A stretch of DNA of 64,000 nt from contig CM120642.1 in the NCBI GenBank assembly GCA_051362555.1, positions 15,500,001 to 15,564,000 of the forward strand, given 5' to 3'. The stretch comes from Lingula anatina. Its lineage: Eukaryota > Animalia > Brachiopoda. The translations under genes and the position numbers were made by a program. Positions 51,861 to 64,000 of this stretch are shown in pieces (position 1 is the first letter of the stretch; each line of letters starts with the position of its first letter). The notes under the pieces were generated by a model. That model searched no databases and was not told where the DNA came from. It saw only the letters and a program-made list of their open reading frames with translations.

Positions 51861-54800
51861 GGGGGGGGGGGCGGAGGTAAATAGCAAAAAAATTTTTTGC
51901 TCTAAAAGTAGTTCTTCGTGGACTTGGAACTGTATAAAATTTGTTCAGGTTCTATGACCATGATTCACTCATTGATTTGTAGTAGAAAGAAAGGAAGCTG
52001 TTGTCTTGTGAATGGTTAAATGGTTAGGAAGATGTTTTTCCCATAGTAGTAGCATGTCTGTTTAAGGGCCACTGAGACTTGAAATATTTGCTCATGTGTG
52101 AAAAATTAGTGAAGAACAAGAACACACAAGCTCTAACAAAATCCTCCAGGAAGGAACTGTATACTTAGCGATACTTTGTTCAGCTTAGTCCATAACTTTG
52201 CTCCAGATGGCAAAAAAATAACATTGCACTTGTAAGATCAAAAAAAAAATCCATTCAGGCTGCCACAAGGGTAATGTGTCTGTCCAATAAGGTATAAAAT
52301 AGATTTTATATTTTGTTAATTAATTCATCTGTATTAATTTTGTTCATTCAGATAAAGATGTCTGAACATTCTTAATGGTAATTTGTGTGTGAAATAGAAT
52401 TGACACCATATATAATGTTATTGATCAACATTCAGAAAAAGTTTGAAACGGAATGTTCATTAGCACGTGGTTTCATTTGTTTATTCAACCGAAAATGAGT
52501 CAAGATGCATTAATTTGCCAGTCTCTAAATATCAGTGTCTAAAATGCAGCCATAAAGATTTAAAAGTTTATGAGCTTTACTTTGAAGTTTTTTTCCCCCA
52601 TTTCTTACTAGTACCTCCCACATAAAGTTTGTGCATGTGTGTTCTTCTGCGTGATTTGATTTAAAACTATGTACTGTATTTATAAAATCACACGGAGAGA
52701 CGCGATTTAGTGTAATTATTGTTCAGTATCAATATTTGAATTAAGAAGATTTTTTTGCCCAAGTCAAGTATGAACACAGAACAGTGGCATATTGGAAATA
52801 AAATTATGAGTTTAATGTTGAAAAGTAAAATTGAGAATTTAGTGTTGAAATGCAAACAGAAATATGCTTTTTCTTATGTATTTTGGCAAAATATTGCTGC
52901 CCTGAACCTGGGTTAATTATCAATGTGTTACTGAAGCAGACATTTAGTCAAATGATGTAAAGATTTTATAAAAATATTAATGTTCAGATATATCGAAATT
53001 ATGATAACTTGCACCATCAATTCTGAAATTTAAACAAATTTGTTTTTTCAGGATAAGAACAGATCACAATGTGGATAAAACCGCAGAAATGTTGCGAGAG
53101 TGGCTGCAGCACATTTATTCACAGTATCACTCTGTGGACTTCAAGGCAGATGACGATGACAATGTGCAAACAGGTAATGGGACGGGCGGTTACCTTGATG
53201 GTGTTTCAAGTTACATTTGGACAAGTAATCATTGCCAAAACTGCAGAGGTATGTGAGGAACCATATTGCATGCTGTAGACAGAAATCAACCTAACATGGA
53301 GGCAACTTGGACCTAGATCATCAATAACTTTCAAAAGTCTAATACATACTAGGCTTTCCCTTTGTACTAGTATTTTTTGTCTCTCTCTTTTGGCTTTTAT
53401 GATTACTTTATTTTATTTTATTTTATATTATTTGTCACATGAATTCTGGGTTGAAGAAAGTAAACGGAGTACTTTTCAACCTTTTTGAAAAAATAGTTAA
53501 ACCTGTTTGCCCATATTTTTTTTCTCATTGTTGGTCCTATAAAAAGATGTATCTTGTCTTAATACCCAAGCTAATGGTTGAGGTCCAAGTTGCATTATGA
53601 GAGACACCACATATTACCTGGAATGTATAGCTGCTAGGATTCCACACATTTGCTTGGCACTGTATGTATATATTATATATTTCACAGGTACATATATACA
53701 TTCATATTGTCCTTTGTATTAGTCCATATGATCTTCTTGAAACATGCAACTGAAATTTTCAACATTGGCCACCAACCCTGGCTACCTTGAGCAAGCTAGG
53801 TTTAAGAACTGAAAATTAATTTTCGTGGATTTCCATTACTAGTATGCATATCTTGTAATTAAAGATGGCATTGTTGTTCACACTTTCCATATTCTTTAAT
53901 GCAACATGAAGTAGCACAACATTTCAGCCAATACACCTGGCAAATAGATGGTTAAAAGACAAGAACATTACACTATGTGAAAAACTTGGACAGTACACAC
54001 AAACTTGGCAAATGTCCCAAATGTTATCAGAGTTGACATTACTCAACAATGAGTTAGTCTTGGAAGCTATTTCACTGGGTTCATTCATCCGATCTGATAG
54101 GCCAACCAACAGCTGTTGTTAAGTAAGAAGCATTACTTCAGCCAAAGTTGTTTTATGCCAAAGGGCTGTGAACCCAAAATTTGAAAAAAAAAAGTAATTT
54201 AAAATAATGCGGAATGCAACTGTACTTAACGTTTTTAATCTCTGTCCCTCCCCACTCCAAAAGAACAAGAAAGAAAGAAAAAAGACCCAGGAAGTTTAAT
54301 TTTTACAGACAAGAAGCAATGATAATTTTTTAATGATTTAATTGTTTTTATTAATCAAATAATAATAATTTTGATTCACCATAAAGATATATAAACCTTA
54401 AACATTGTTCTGTAAAAATCCAATTTTATTATCCAACACTGTAAACTGGTAGTCTAATTGTGTAATAGCAGTGGAGTTCACTTTCCAGGCTTGGTGTCTC
54501 CTGGAATGCTTGTGTTGGCAATGGGATTGTGTCGATGTCACTTTTACTTTTAAAATGTTGTTTATAACCCCGTCAACCAGTTGTTCGAAGTGAAAATGAC
54601 TTTGTTTTAAGGTCAAAAGATAATACAAGAAACCCATTACCAAGTCGTGAGTACAAGTGTTCAAGAATATCAGCTCACTAGTACATCAATATCAACATCA
54701 AATACAAACATCTTTAAAGTTGAAAACATGGGCGATGATGTATCAGTTTTTTTCACAAGCAAGACATCTGTGATTTTTATAATATAACCAGATTCCAATT

Positions 54801-57800
54801 TTATATTTGGGAATTTTCCAAATGGGTGGTTAAAGCCAACAGGATTGCAGGAAATAACTGCAGAGGATGGCAGCTCGTTGGATTCTTGTTTTAAGGAAAT
54901 ACTTGTCTCAATAAATATCTGTTATTTTCTTGGCAGGAAAAATTGTTAAGTCAATGAAAAGGTTGACTTTGTGCAAGTTGAAGAGTATGCTGTAAACCCA
55001 TTCCCTAGGGTGTTGACTGTGGGACCTATGTCGTCTTTGTCACATTTCATAGCCAGACTCGCCATTTTGAAGCATATTAAAGTGTTAAAAAGCGATTCAG
55101 CTTTATGATGAAGGAAATTGTTTTGCTGCCTCCTGCTGTGTCAGAAAAGAAAAAAGCCAAAAGGGTAACCCTGCCAGCGTCTGTTGTTTTTGGTGGGTCA
55201 TATACTCCATTTCTGTTTAAAGGGAAGATTGTGGAAATAAGTACAAATTATGGAGAGGTCACCAAAAACTTATGAACATAATATCATATTGCTTGTGATG
55301 TGTAATATATCCAATGGAAGATGTTTGAAAAAAAAATTGCCATTGCATGTTTACATTGATATTCATGTTTTTTATGAATTTAGATTTTTTTAATCTAGAC
55401 TGCTATGAGTTGCATCACTGCTTTTTAAAGCCAGTGTATCAAAATCTGCTTATTAGTGCATGTCAGGCATAGTTCACCTTTAATTCGAAACTGTTTAACT
55501 GGAGAGCTTAAAAAGTACTGTAAATTACTCATTCAGACAACTGAATTTTAACAGTAACTTTAAAAATACAAAAAAAAAACATATTTCATATTTTTAAACG
55601 GTACATGAAGGCCCTTGCCGCTTCTTTAAAACATATCCTGTCTGTAGCTAAATGTGAAATGAGTTATTTATGTATAATATAATTATAGTCTCAAATGTTT
55701 CCGGTCATTTCAGGGTTTCCTGATGCCCAGGGGCCGCTGGAGTGGTCAGCACAGAGATTTACCCATGTCATGAAGCTCAGGCAGGAAAGTTTAGAAAAAG
55801 CTAGGAAAATATGGGCAGATTATATTTTTGTAAGTACTGGGCCATCTGCTTTTTATAGAGGATCATGTTTTATTATTTAAGGTTTTTACAAAAAAAATTA
55901 AAAAGAGAATCAGAATCCTGTTATACATACATTGATATTTTGTCATGTTTAAAATAAAGGGAGGTATACAGACTACACTGCTGAGAAAATCAACGAGACT
56001 GAAAAAAAATAATAAAGTCCCTAATCTTCTTGGTTAGGGTACAAAATCAGGTGGAAAAAGATAACATGCTTTCTTGCCTTCTGTGAGCAAAGTGCCTGCA
56101 GTTGTATTTAAAACAACAAAGTGTGCACAAGTGCATCAATTAAATATTTTTCCTCATAAAAGCAGTCAACTTGTTGTGCAATTTTTGTTATTGTTTGAAG
56201 CGAAGAGGGGGAAAAAAGGGGGCATCTTGCTGTGGTAGAAATTCAAAGAAAAGTACCAAACCAAAGAAAAGAACACAATGAACAGTTAAGTTACACAAAA
56301 GGATATCAAGCTCTTTGGTGATATGTTGAATTCTTCAAAATAAATTTGCACCGTGGTATTGTCATTTAATCCAAACCAGACTACCCATAACCTTATTTTT
56401 CCGTTACACATGTTGGTATTTTTCATCAAGTAAACTGGTTACTTCAGCAGACTTCTTAACAGCAAACTGTATTAACTATATATACTGTACAAACAGTCTT
56501 GAATGAGTAGCAAGGGCAGGAGTCATTGAGGATTTTCTCTCCTGTAGCAGATCCCTTGACAACTTTAATGGTCTCTAGGCACATTTACCCAAGACCAGTT
56601 TAGAATGGAAATCGGCCTCACTTGAATTACCAGACAAGTAGACAAGAAACAGATGTAGATGAAGATATAGAAGACTGACAGGAAGACAGACAGACAGACA
56701 CACAGACAGAGGATATAAAAGACTGACAGGAGGATAGACAGATCGACAGAGGATATAGAAGGCTGATAAAGAAGACAGACAAGAAGATAGACAGTTAGTA
56801 AGACAGAAAGCTAGAAAGAAGACAAACAGGAAGTAAGATAGCCGGTCAGACAGACATTTGGCCAGACCAACAGTCAAGCAGACAAACCAAAGGACAGGCA
56901 TACATTTTTGGATAATGTAGGGATGTATGAAGGCTTCTCTTAGTCATTCATAATTTCTGTTGATTATAAAATAGAAAATGCAAAAAAGCCACCAAGACCA
57001 AAGTTAATGAAGTGAAGAAAGAAGTACTTCATCTGCAAATTTCTGTAAGGTATTTTTTCAGAAATACAGGTACCTTTAGATTCTTCATCAGTAACATTTA
57101 AAAGTGAAGTAACATGGCACCTTCTCTGTGGCGTTTTTCAAACCTGATTTAAAAATTATTTTTTTCATTTTATTCAGCATTTAAATGAAGCTGAAAGGTC
57201 TCCTCCTGCTTTCTGCTTGTTTTGGCTCTAGTTTATGGCACTTTTCATGCACAGTAAACTTCAACGTGTTTAAACAGTGCACACAAACCTGGATAGAACT
57301 GGATAAAGTGAAAAAAATATTTTGGAAGGATATTCAGGGGTTAAAGCAGAGCAGTATTTTAAAGCAGGGCTGCTTGGCGTGTGAACAGACGTTGAATTAC
57401 ATATGTTTGAAAAGTCAGATTTTAGTTTTATATTGCTTATAAAAACAATAAGTACACAATGTCACAAAAAGTAAAATGTTCTGGGTACCAAATGTAATGT
57501 ACTGGTCGTGTTTATTTGGACTGTTATATTTGGACATAATTATGACATGGTTTTATTCTTTTAGTTTGTAGATGCAGACAATATTTTACAGAACAATCAG
57601 ACTTTATCTGTTTTGACCTCATATTCACAGTGAGTACTTTTTTTTGTATTTGTATTTTCTAATAAAGTGTCAATGGCAACTGTTACAATTCTGTAAATTT
57701 AAACAAAAATCTACATATCTTTTTATCATATTTGAATTAAAATCTCCCTAGCAATATGCATTCCTTTAACTTCTTAATTTTTCTATCAATTTTCCTTCTG

Positions 57801-60800
57801 TCCAATCTTGATATTTGCATTGTTTCTAAAAATTCAAAGAATGCAAATTTCATTTTCAAGATGATGTAATTAAATTAATAAAAGAATCTTATTTGACGGT
57901 AACTTAACATACTTTTTTATTTTGTTTATAGAACTATTGTTGCTCCAATGCTGAATTCCTCGTCCCAGTACTCCAATTTCTGGGGTGGCATGGATGAAAC
58001 GGTAAGGAAACAAATACACCCATGTCACTAACAGCACACGCTTTTTGGTAATAATTTCAAACACAGTCCAGTTGCAGTAATTAAAAATTGGTGTGTAACA
58101 AACATAAACTATTTACAGCAAACTGAAATTATGGCAGTCATCATAGTCCAGTTAATAAACAGAATTTATCTTAACAGGTGTTCATTGTAAATATCAAAGC
58201 TGGAGCTTACTTTATATTTAAAATAATTGATTTCAAATCTTTTGACAATTACAGGGCTATTATAAGCGAACGCCTGAATATGGGCCTATTCGGATGCGCC
58301 AGATGAGGGGACTCTATAAAGTTGCTCTAGTACATTCCACATTTATTATTAACTTGCGAAATGAAGATTCCCAACATCTCGCCTTTTATCCACCTCCTGA
58401 GGGTTATGAGGGTCCTTATGATGATGTCATCATATTTGCGGCTATTGCAAATAGAGCAAGTAAGTATTGGTTTTACGGATAAGACTCGTTTCTTCATTTC
58501 TGTAAAATGTAATCTTGCATTAAAAATATACATTCCAATTGTCTGTTGCATGTGATTTTTTTTTTCAAATTAAAAGGAAACAACTGAGAAATGGATTTTC
58601 AAAATACTTTGTTGAATTTTGTTTTTCTTTTCTTGAAATGATACATGGACTGTTTCATAGCAATTACTCATGTGCTGTAATTGATATTGTTTCTGCCTTT
58701 TTTTTTTTTTTTTTTCAAAAGATTTTCCATTATTTCAGGAGTTCCCATGTATATTGAAAATGTCAACTTTTATGGCAGTCTCAATGCACCTCTAGATGCT
58801 CACAACACTCTAGAAGAAGAAACCGAGTTATTTATTTTCCTCAAACTGGAAGCTATGGGTATGGGAATTTTTGTGTATCCTTTCTTTTTCATAAGACACA
58901 CTCACAAAAAACTTCTTTTCTTTCTATTCAACCGTTTATTCATGTGTATATATTATTTTTATTGTTATAAATTATATTGTATAATTATGCATTATTATTA
59001 TGATGTTTTTATTTGGACCTGCAGTAATGCTAATGTGTTAAATAAATTAATTGAAATAGGTAAGTTAGTGCTGTAGTCGTCATGATTTCTATAAAGGTAG
59101 AGTGTTTGTCAAAACTAGCATTTCCAGATTTACTGATTTCCTAGGTAAGGACCCAGATAGGCAGAGTAAATGTGAATGAGTCAGTCTGTAATCTAACTAG
59201 TTTATTTGGTAAAAAAATGAAAAAAAAAAAAAAAAGATTTTCAGCCCGAATCCGATACACAACACGGTCTTATACCCTAATTGAACAAGGTGTGTTTTGA
59301 TGTTCTTGGCAACAATGAAGAGTCGGTCGTCTTTCTAACTGTTCTGGTCTATGGCCACAGAATTGTTTGTGTGCATGCCTGAAACAGCACCAGTTAAGCA
59401 TGTAGCATAATATCAGCTGACATGTTCCCAGTGCTTCGGTCACTTGATACTCCTGACTTGGGGGTTGACTTCCGCCCTGGCAGTCTTGTTAATCTTAGTC
59501 AACCGCAGATAACATGTTAGTCATTACTCAACAATGTGTTGTAACCTCCAAGGATGCGTTAAGATTGGAGACACCTGTCCAGAAAGCCAGATCAGTTTTA
59601 TTTTTCTTTAAAATTAGTAGTTAACTGTGCCTAAGGAGAAGTCCCTTATTGATTTTTGGTTCATTTCTGTATGAATCCATTTTAAAGATAATGTTTTTTG
59701 TCTTGAATGAATTTCTCTTTATGATATGTTATACTTTATATTGTTTATTGATAATTTTTATCTAATTCCAGTGGAAGGAGTACCATTTCTCCACACTAAA
59801 CATCTTCCTAAAAAACATCCACCCCAAGAAATGTTGGGCTTTGACCAGGTATGTGTGAAGCAGCTGGGAAAAGTGTCTGTTTATTTATTTATTTATAATG
59901 ATAGGAATTATCTTAGTTTATGATTGTTAGTTGGTGTTTGGAAAAACAAGTGACAAGGATTTTTTTTTTATTCAAACAGCCATAAAATCAAATTCTTACC
60001 TTCATAAAATTGATATTACAGAGCACTTGTTCTGGAAGTTTATGATCTTTATTTATTTATTTATTTATTTATTTTTTACTAGATATACATGATCAATTTA
60101 GTGAGAAGACCAGAGAGGCGGGAGAGGATGGTGGCGTCGTTGGATGAGTTGGGTCTCAAGGTTAAGATTGTTGATGCTGTGGATGGAAAGTAAGTTGACA
60201 TAATTATTAATATTTTGTAAAATTATCATTTGTCTGAGAATGAAATCGCTTATTTAGTGTTGTGTTATTTTGATTAATATTATTTTCATGTGAAATTTAA
60301 CCTTATATTGAGACCTGTTTTATCAGTACTCAAAAGATTGATGTTTTAAGATTTTATTAAGTTCCTTTTTGTACTAAGTTATTAACAGATTTATCTTTGT
60401 TTCTGTTTCATGCTTTAATTCATTCATTTCAGTTTCATATCTGCATGTCTTTTTTTCATTTGCTTGTTTATAGAAAAGCATGCACATAGTTTCATATTCA
60501 ATAAATCAGCCATTTGTATTTGATGTTATACTGTATTTTATCATGTCTCTTACCAAAATGATTTAAATATCTTTGATGTCTCAGTGTGAACATGTTATTT
60601 ATTGTGAATATCAATCCTGAACAATCTCATGTTTTGATGGTGTGGGCAGTTATGATTAACAGAACATTGTGTCGAAATATTAAAGCCAATGGGCCAGACG
60701 TGAAATTCCAACCCAAATTGATTTTCTTATTGTGCTTATGCATGATATTGGCATTTATTTTTGTGTTTCAGGGAGTTAAATCAAACATACCTCGACTCTC

Positions 60801-63800
60801 TTGGAGTTGCCATGTTGGAAGGGTTTCTAGAACCTTATCATAAAAGGTAAAGAGTGCATTAAATGCTAAAATAGTGCATGCCATTCCACCATTTTATCAA
60901 GAAGGGAAGTCTGCTGACTGAGCTTGCTGTGAAAACCTGAGGAGAAAGCATCAAAGGTTTCAAATGAACAATGGTGCTTACTTTCAGCACCATTTTTGTC
61001 AGATTTTCGTGAAAAATTGGAGAGCAGAACCACTACTGGAGGAAACAAACACTTCAAATGTAAACCTGGCAGAGACAGATATGTGCTTTTTAACATCTAA
61101 ACAATATTCTTTCAACTTTCATTGTTTCAGTGACCAATGTTGGGCCCATCTTCCAATGTTCTCCAGACTTCTGACTAGCAAGGTCTCAACATTCTGTGAA
61201 GACAAGTGCACAAACAAATATAAATCAAACAAGCACTTGTCTTCATACAGAATATATGACCTTGAGTCTGAATGTGATCTTCATCCTTACATCCAATTTT
61301 TCTTTTTATTTGATATTCCATCATCTTCTACACTTCCTCTCATTTCCCTAATAGGAAACTGAATAACACTTATCTTAAGAAACTTGGTGTTGCCATGCTG
61401 CCAGGGTTTATTGAGCCCTATGAACAGAGGTATTTCAATAGATTTGGCTATTTTTCTCCCAGGGCTATTGCAGCTTCAGCATGTCATTTGTAAATCACTT
61501 TTTGTCAGATTTATGGCTTAAGTATCCATCACATCCATCAATTGATTTGTTAAAAACGCCTTTATCAGCACTTTTAGTCTCCACAATAATCACAGAATGA
61601 GCTTAAAAGATATCGTCACCGCTGTCCTGTATGTTGAATACCTGTTGTTGCTGTTAACATGTCTTTAAATCCCATGCGTGCATAACACAATTTTACCCCT
61701 TCAGTACCATTAACCTTTGGCACAGATATGGAATATGATGGCAGAGAATAGCTAAATGCTGACTGCAGCTTGAATGTGGTTGGTGAGCAATACTTGCTGG
61801 AGCAGATAAGAATCTGTCTTCCTGTAAAGGTTGGGGATTAAGAGGCTTGGCGTCGCTGAGCTTAAGCTGCAATGTTTATTTTTGTCAGCTGGTAATAATA
61901 TATTCACTTTGGTAATTGATGGAGAATGGATGAAAGAATTGAATTGCTTTTCATTGATTTCCCACAAAATTTTCATTTGTCTTAAATACCATAAAAAAAA
62001 GAAATTATGGTTAAGTAAGAACAGGATAGTGAAGTAAATTAATGTTGTGTAACAATGACATTTAGACATGAATTAGTCATATTTACAGCATGGATGGAGT
62101 GAAAATATAGATGGAGCTTACCTGTTTAGAAGGAACTAACTTCTCATATTTTACTAACAACTTAAATTTCCCTTTTTATTTTACTGCTTCAACAAAGGTG
62201 GTTGAAGGTATGCCCAATTGTTGCTGTACTTTGTAGAAATATTTTTTCTCCTCCTAGGCAACATTGGGTGTGCTCCGTTTTCAACAGATTTGGTTGATTA
62301 GAACTTCAGGCCAGTACCCAAAATTTGTTAAAAGAAAAATTGGAAGCTCTTAAGGCATTGATTTGTATGTTTTGTTTAGTAAAATGATGACTTTCACAAT
62401 GATGTTGAAGGAAGTGGTACCACAGTATGTTAATATTAGATATCCCAGTGCAGCAGCATTAGAACTCTTTAATACCACATTGTCACGTCTAAGCTTTTCA
62501 TGTAACTTATATTGCATGGCATAATATTATGGTTTATAACTTAATCATTAACCATTACAACTGGAAAACTGAGGAAGAGGCCTTATACCTAATTGATATT
62601 ATTGGTCACTTACAATTTTGATTATTATATTTCAAATTAAAGCACATCACATTCATTTTGGTGCTATTAGTCCAAAATTGTTTGTTCATGCTCTCTCTTT
62701 TTGCAATTTTTATTATTACAAAAATTTGATTTGATGAAAATAATGCATAATTTGACAGTGGAGTGGGTGGTGTATTTACCAAAACTAGGTTAATTTTGCA
62801 ATATTTTAATTGAGAGACAGCAATTTATGCAATGTTGACCTATTATTTACAAATAATGCCATTTTATGTTAACATATAATCTCTGTATTTATATGCTGCT
62901 TTCATTTCCAAAAATGTTATATGGAAAATGTATTTCATACTCTCATTGTTTCTGTTAGGCCACTTACCATGGGAGAGATTGGTTGTTTCCTCAGCCACTA
63001 TTTCATATGGGAAGATGTAAGTGATTTTCATTTTGAATACTATTGTTGTATAGTTTTACCAACAAAGTATGGGAGGGTGTGCCCAGAAACAGCTTAGTCT
63101 GTCTCAGGGGTTTTCACAACTTTTCCATATTTTCATTCCATACAAGTGACCTATATGTTCATATTATAACAGACTGTCACTTCTTGATTTCACTGCATAT
63201 ACTTAATTTTGGGGTGAGTGGGTGCATTTTCATTTTAGATGGAACCAAATTGTAATGCCACAAATTTCAGTTTTTAAGTCCTAAATGTGTGAAGTTAATA
63301 ATTCATATTGTTTTATTTTTTCCTTCCATTTGGTTTTATAACAGAAAAATTATTCATATTGATGATTTTTTTGTTCTAGGCAGCAAAAAACAATTACCAG
63401 AAAGTCCTTGTGTTTGAGGATGATGTGAGATTTGAGCCATTCTTTGTCACAAAGCTGCAGTCTTTACTTAAAGAAATTGAAGACAATAAACTGGAATGGG
63501 AATTAATGTAAGTGTAGATTTTTATATTGAATGGCTTTGCTGGGAATGGGAATTAATGTAAGTGTAGATTTTTACATAGAATGGCTTTGCTGAAATATAA
63601 GCAGTTAAACAACATGTTACTTTAAGGGTTATCTTTCTCTGTAGAGACTGTATATTATACCTATTCTTTATAGTGACTAGAGAGAAAGTATGTAGCCAAG
63701 GTTCAAAACTATATGCACTTAGGTGTTGTTCCTTTCTGTTCAAGTTTCATTCACAGGCTATAATTGTTAATGATTTTCAATTTTAAAAAATTATCACCTA

Positions 63801-64000
63801 GTCAAACTTGGGCATGTCAAAGTTTTTCTTCTTACTGATACATCGATAAGTATATAATTAAAAAAAATAAAAATTATTTGTAGTGATTCTTGCATTACAG
63901 CTACCTGGGTAGAAAACGGATGTGGCATGCTGATGAACCGCCAGTGGATGGTTTCCAGAGTCTAGTATGGGCAGATTATTCCTACTGGACGCTCAGTTAT
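43077..64000 (+). CDS. COLGALT1: Procollagen galactosyltransferase (COLGALT/GLT25D, GT25 family), 3' end outside the window
   Basis: Exons 43077-43339, 53052-53173, 55714-55829, 57565-57629, 57932-58001, 58255-58459, 58739-58858, 59772-59848, 60083-60189, [60772-60846 or 61355-61429], 62959-63016, 63380-63507, 63901->64000, all GT-AG and in phase. Signal peptide; motifs ILARNKAHALPHFLG, LDYPKDRI, DHNVD, FVDADN, YSNFWGG, GYYKRT, INLVRRPERRERM, GEIGCFLSH, VFEDD, IYLGRKR, YSYWT. Confidence 0.93.
53302..53593. mobile_element. Small MITE-like element in COLGALT intron 2
   Basis: 13-bp terminal inverted repeats GCAACTTGGACCT (53302-53314) and AGGTCCAAGTTGC (53581-53593). Confidence 0.4.
56630..56900. 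repeat. Degenerate (GACA/GATA)n purine-rich microsatellite
   Basis: Read directly; it explains the spurious ORF 56575..56901. Confidence 0.8.
61355..61429 (+). CDS. COLGALT1: Alternative (duplicated) COLGALT exon 10b
   Basis: 75 nt, same phase as 60772-60846; encodes KLNNTYLKKLGVAMLPGFIEPYEQR versus ELNQTYLDSLGVAMLEGFLEPYHKR; polypyrimidine tract + TAG acceptor and AG|GTATTT donor. Confidence 0.85.

Overview
AT-rich, intron-rich animal genomic DNA, probably an invertebrate (the repeat types resemble those of molluscs; species not determinable). Right half (29.4-64 kb): four conserved spliced genes whose exons I joined by hand in frame: a C1orf131/FSAF1-like ribosome-biogenesis factor (+), LRRIQ3 (-), OGG1 (+, head-to-head with LRRIQ3) and a procollagen galactosyltransferase (COLGALT/GLT25D family, +, runs off the window). 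COLGALT has a pair of duplicated, probably mutually exclusive exons. OGG1 has two in-frame starts, each overlapped by a uORF stop (ATGA). Left half (2.9-29 kb): a ~19.5 kb quasi-palindrome with near-identical inverted arms (~3887-10437 and ~16137-23441) around a 5.7 kb cassette bounded by TA-flanked terminal inverted repeats. Each arm carries an outward-facing orphan unit: E-box/TATA/Inr promoter, palindrome-rich CpG leader, a tandem array of 130-bp exon+intron cassettes, a 53-bp repeat that is open in all frames and encodes a ubiquitin-tail-like RLRGG, and a downstream hairpin cluster. The palindrome is embedded in Helentron/HINE-like non-autonomous elements, two of them joined head-to-tail. 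All gene names and family calls come from motif recognition, not database searches.
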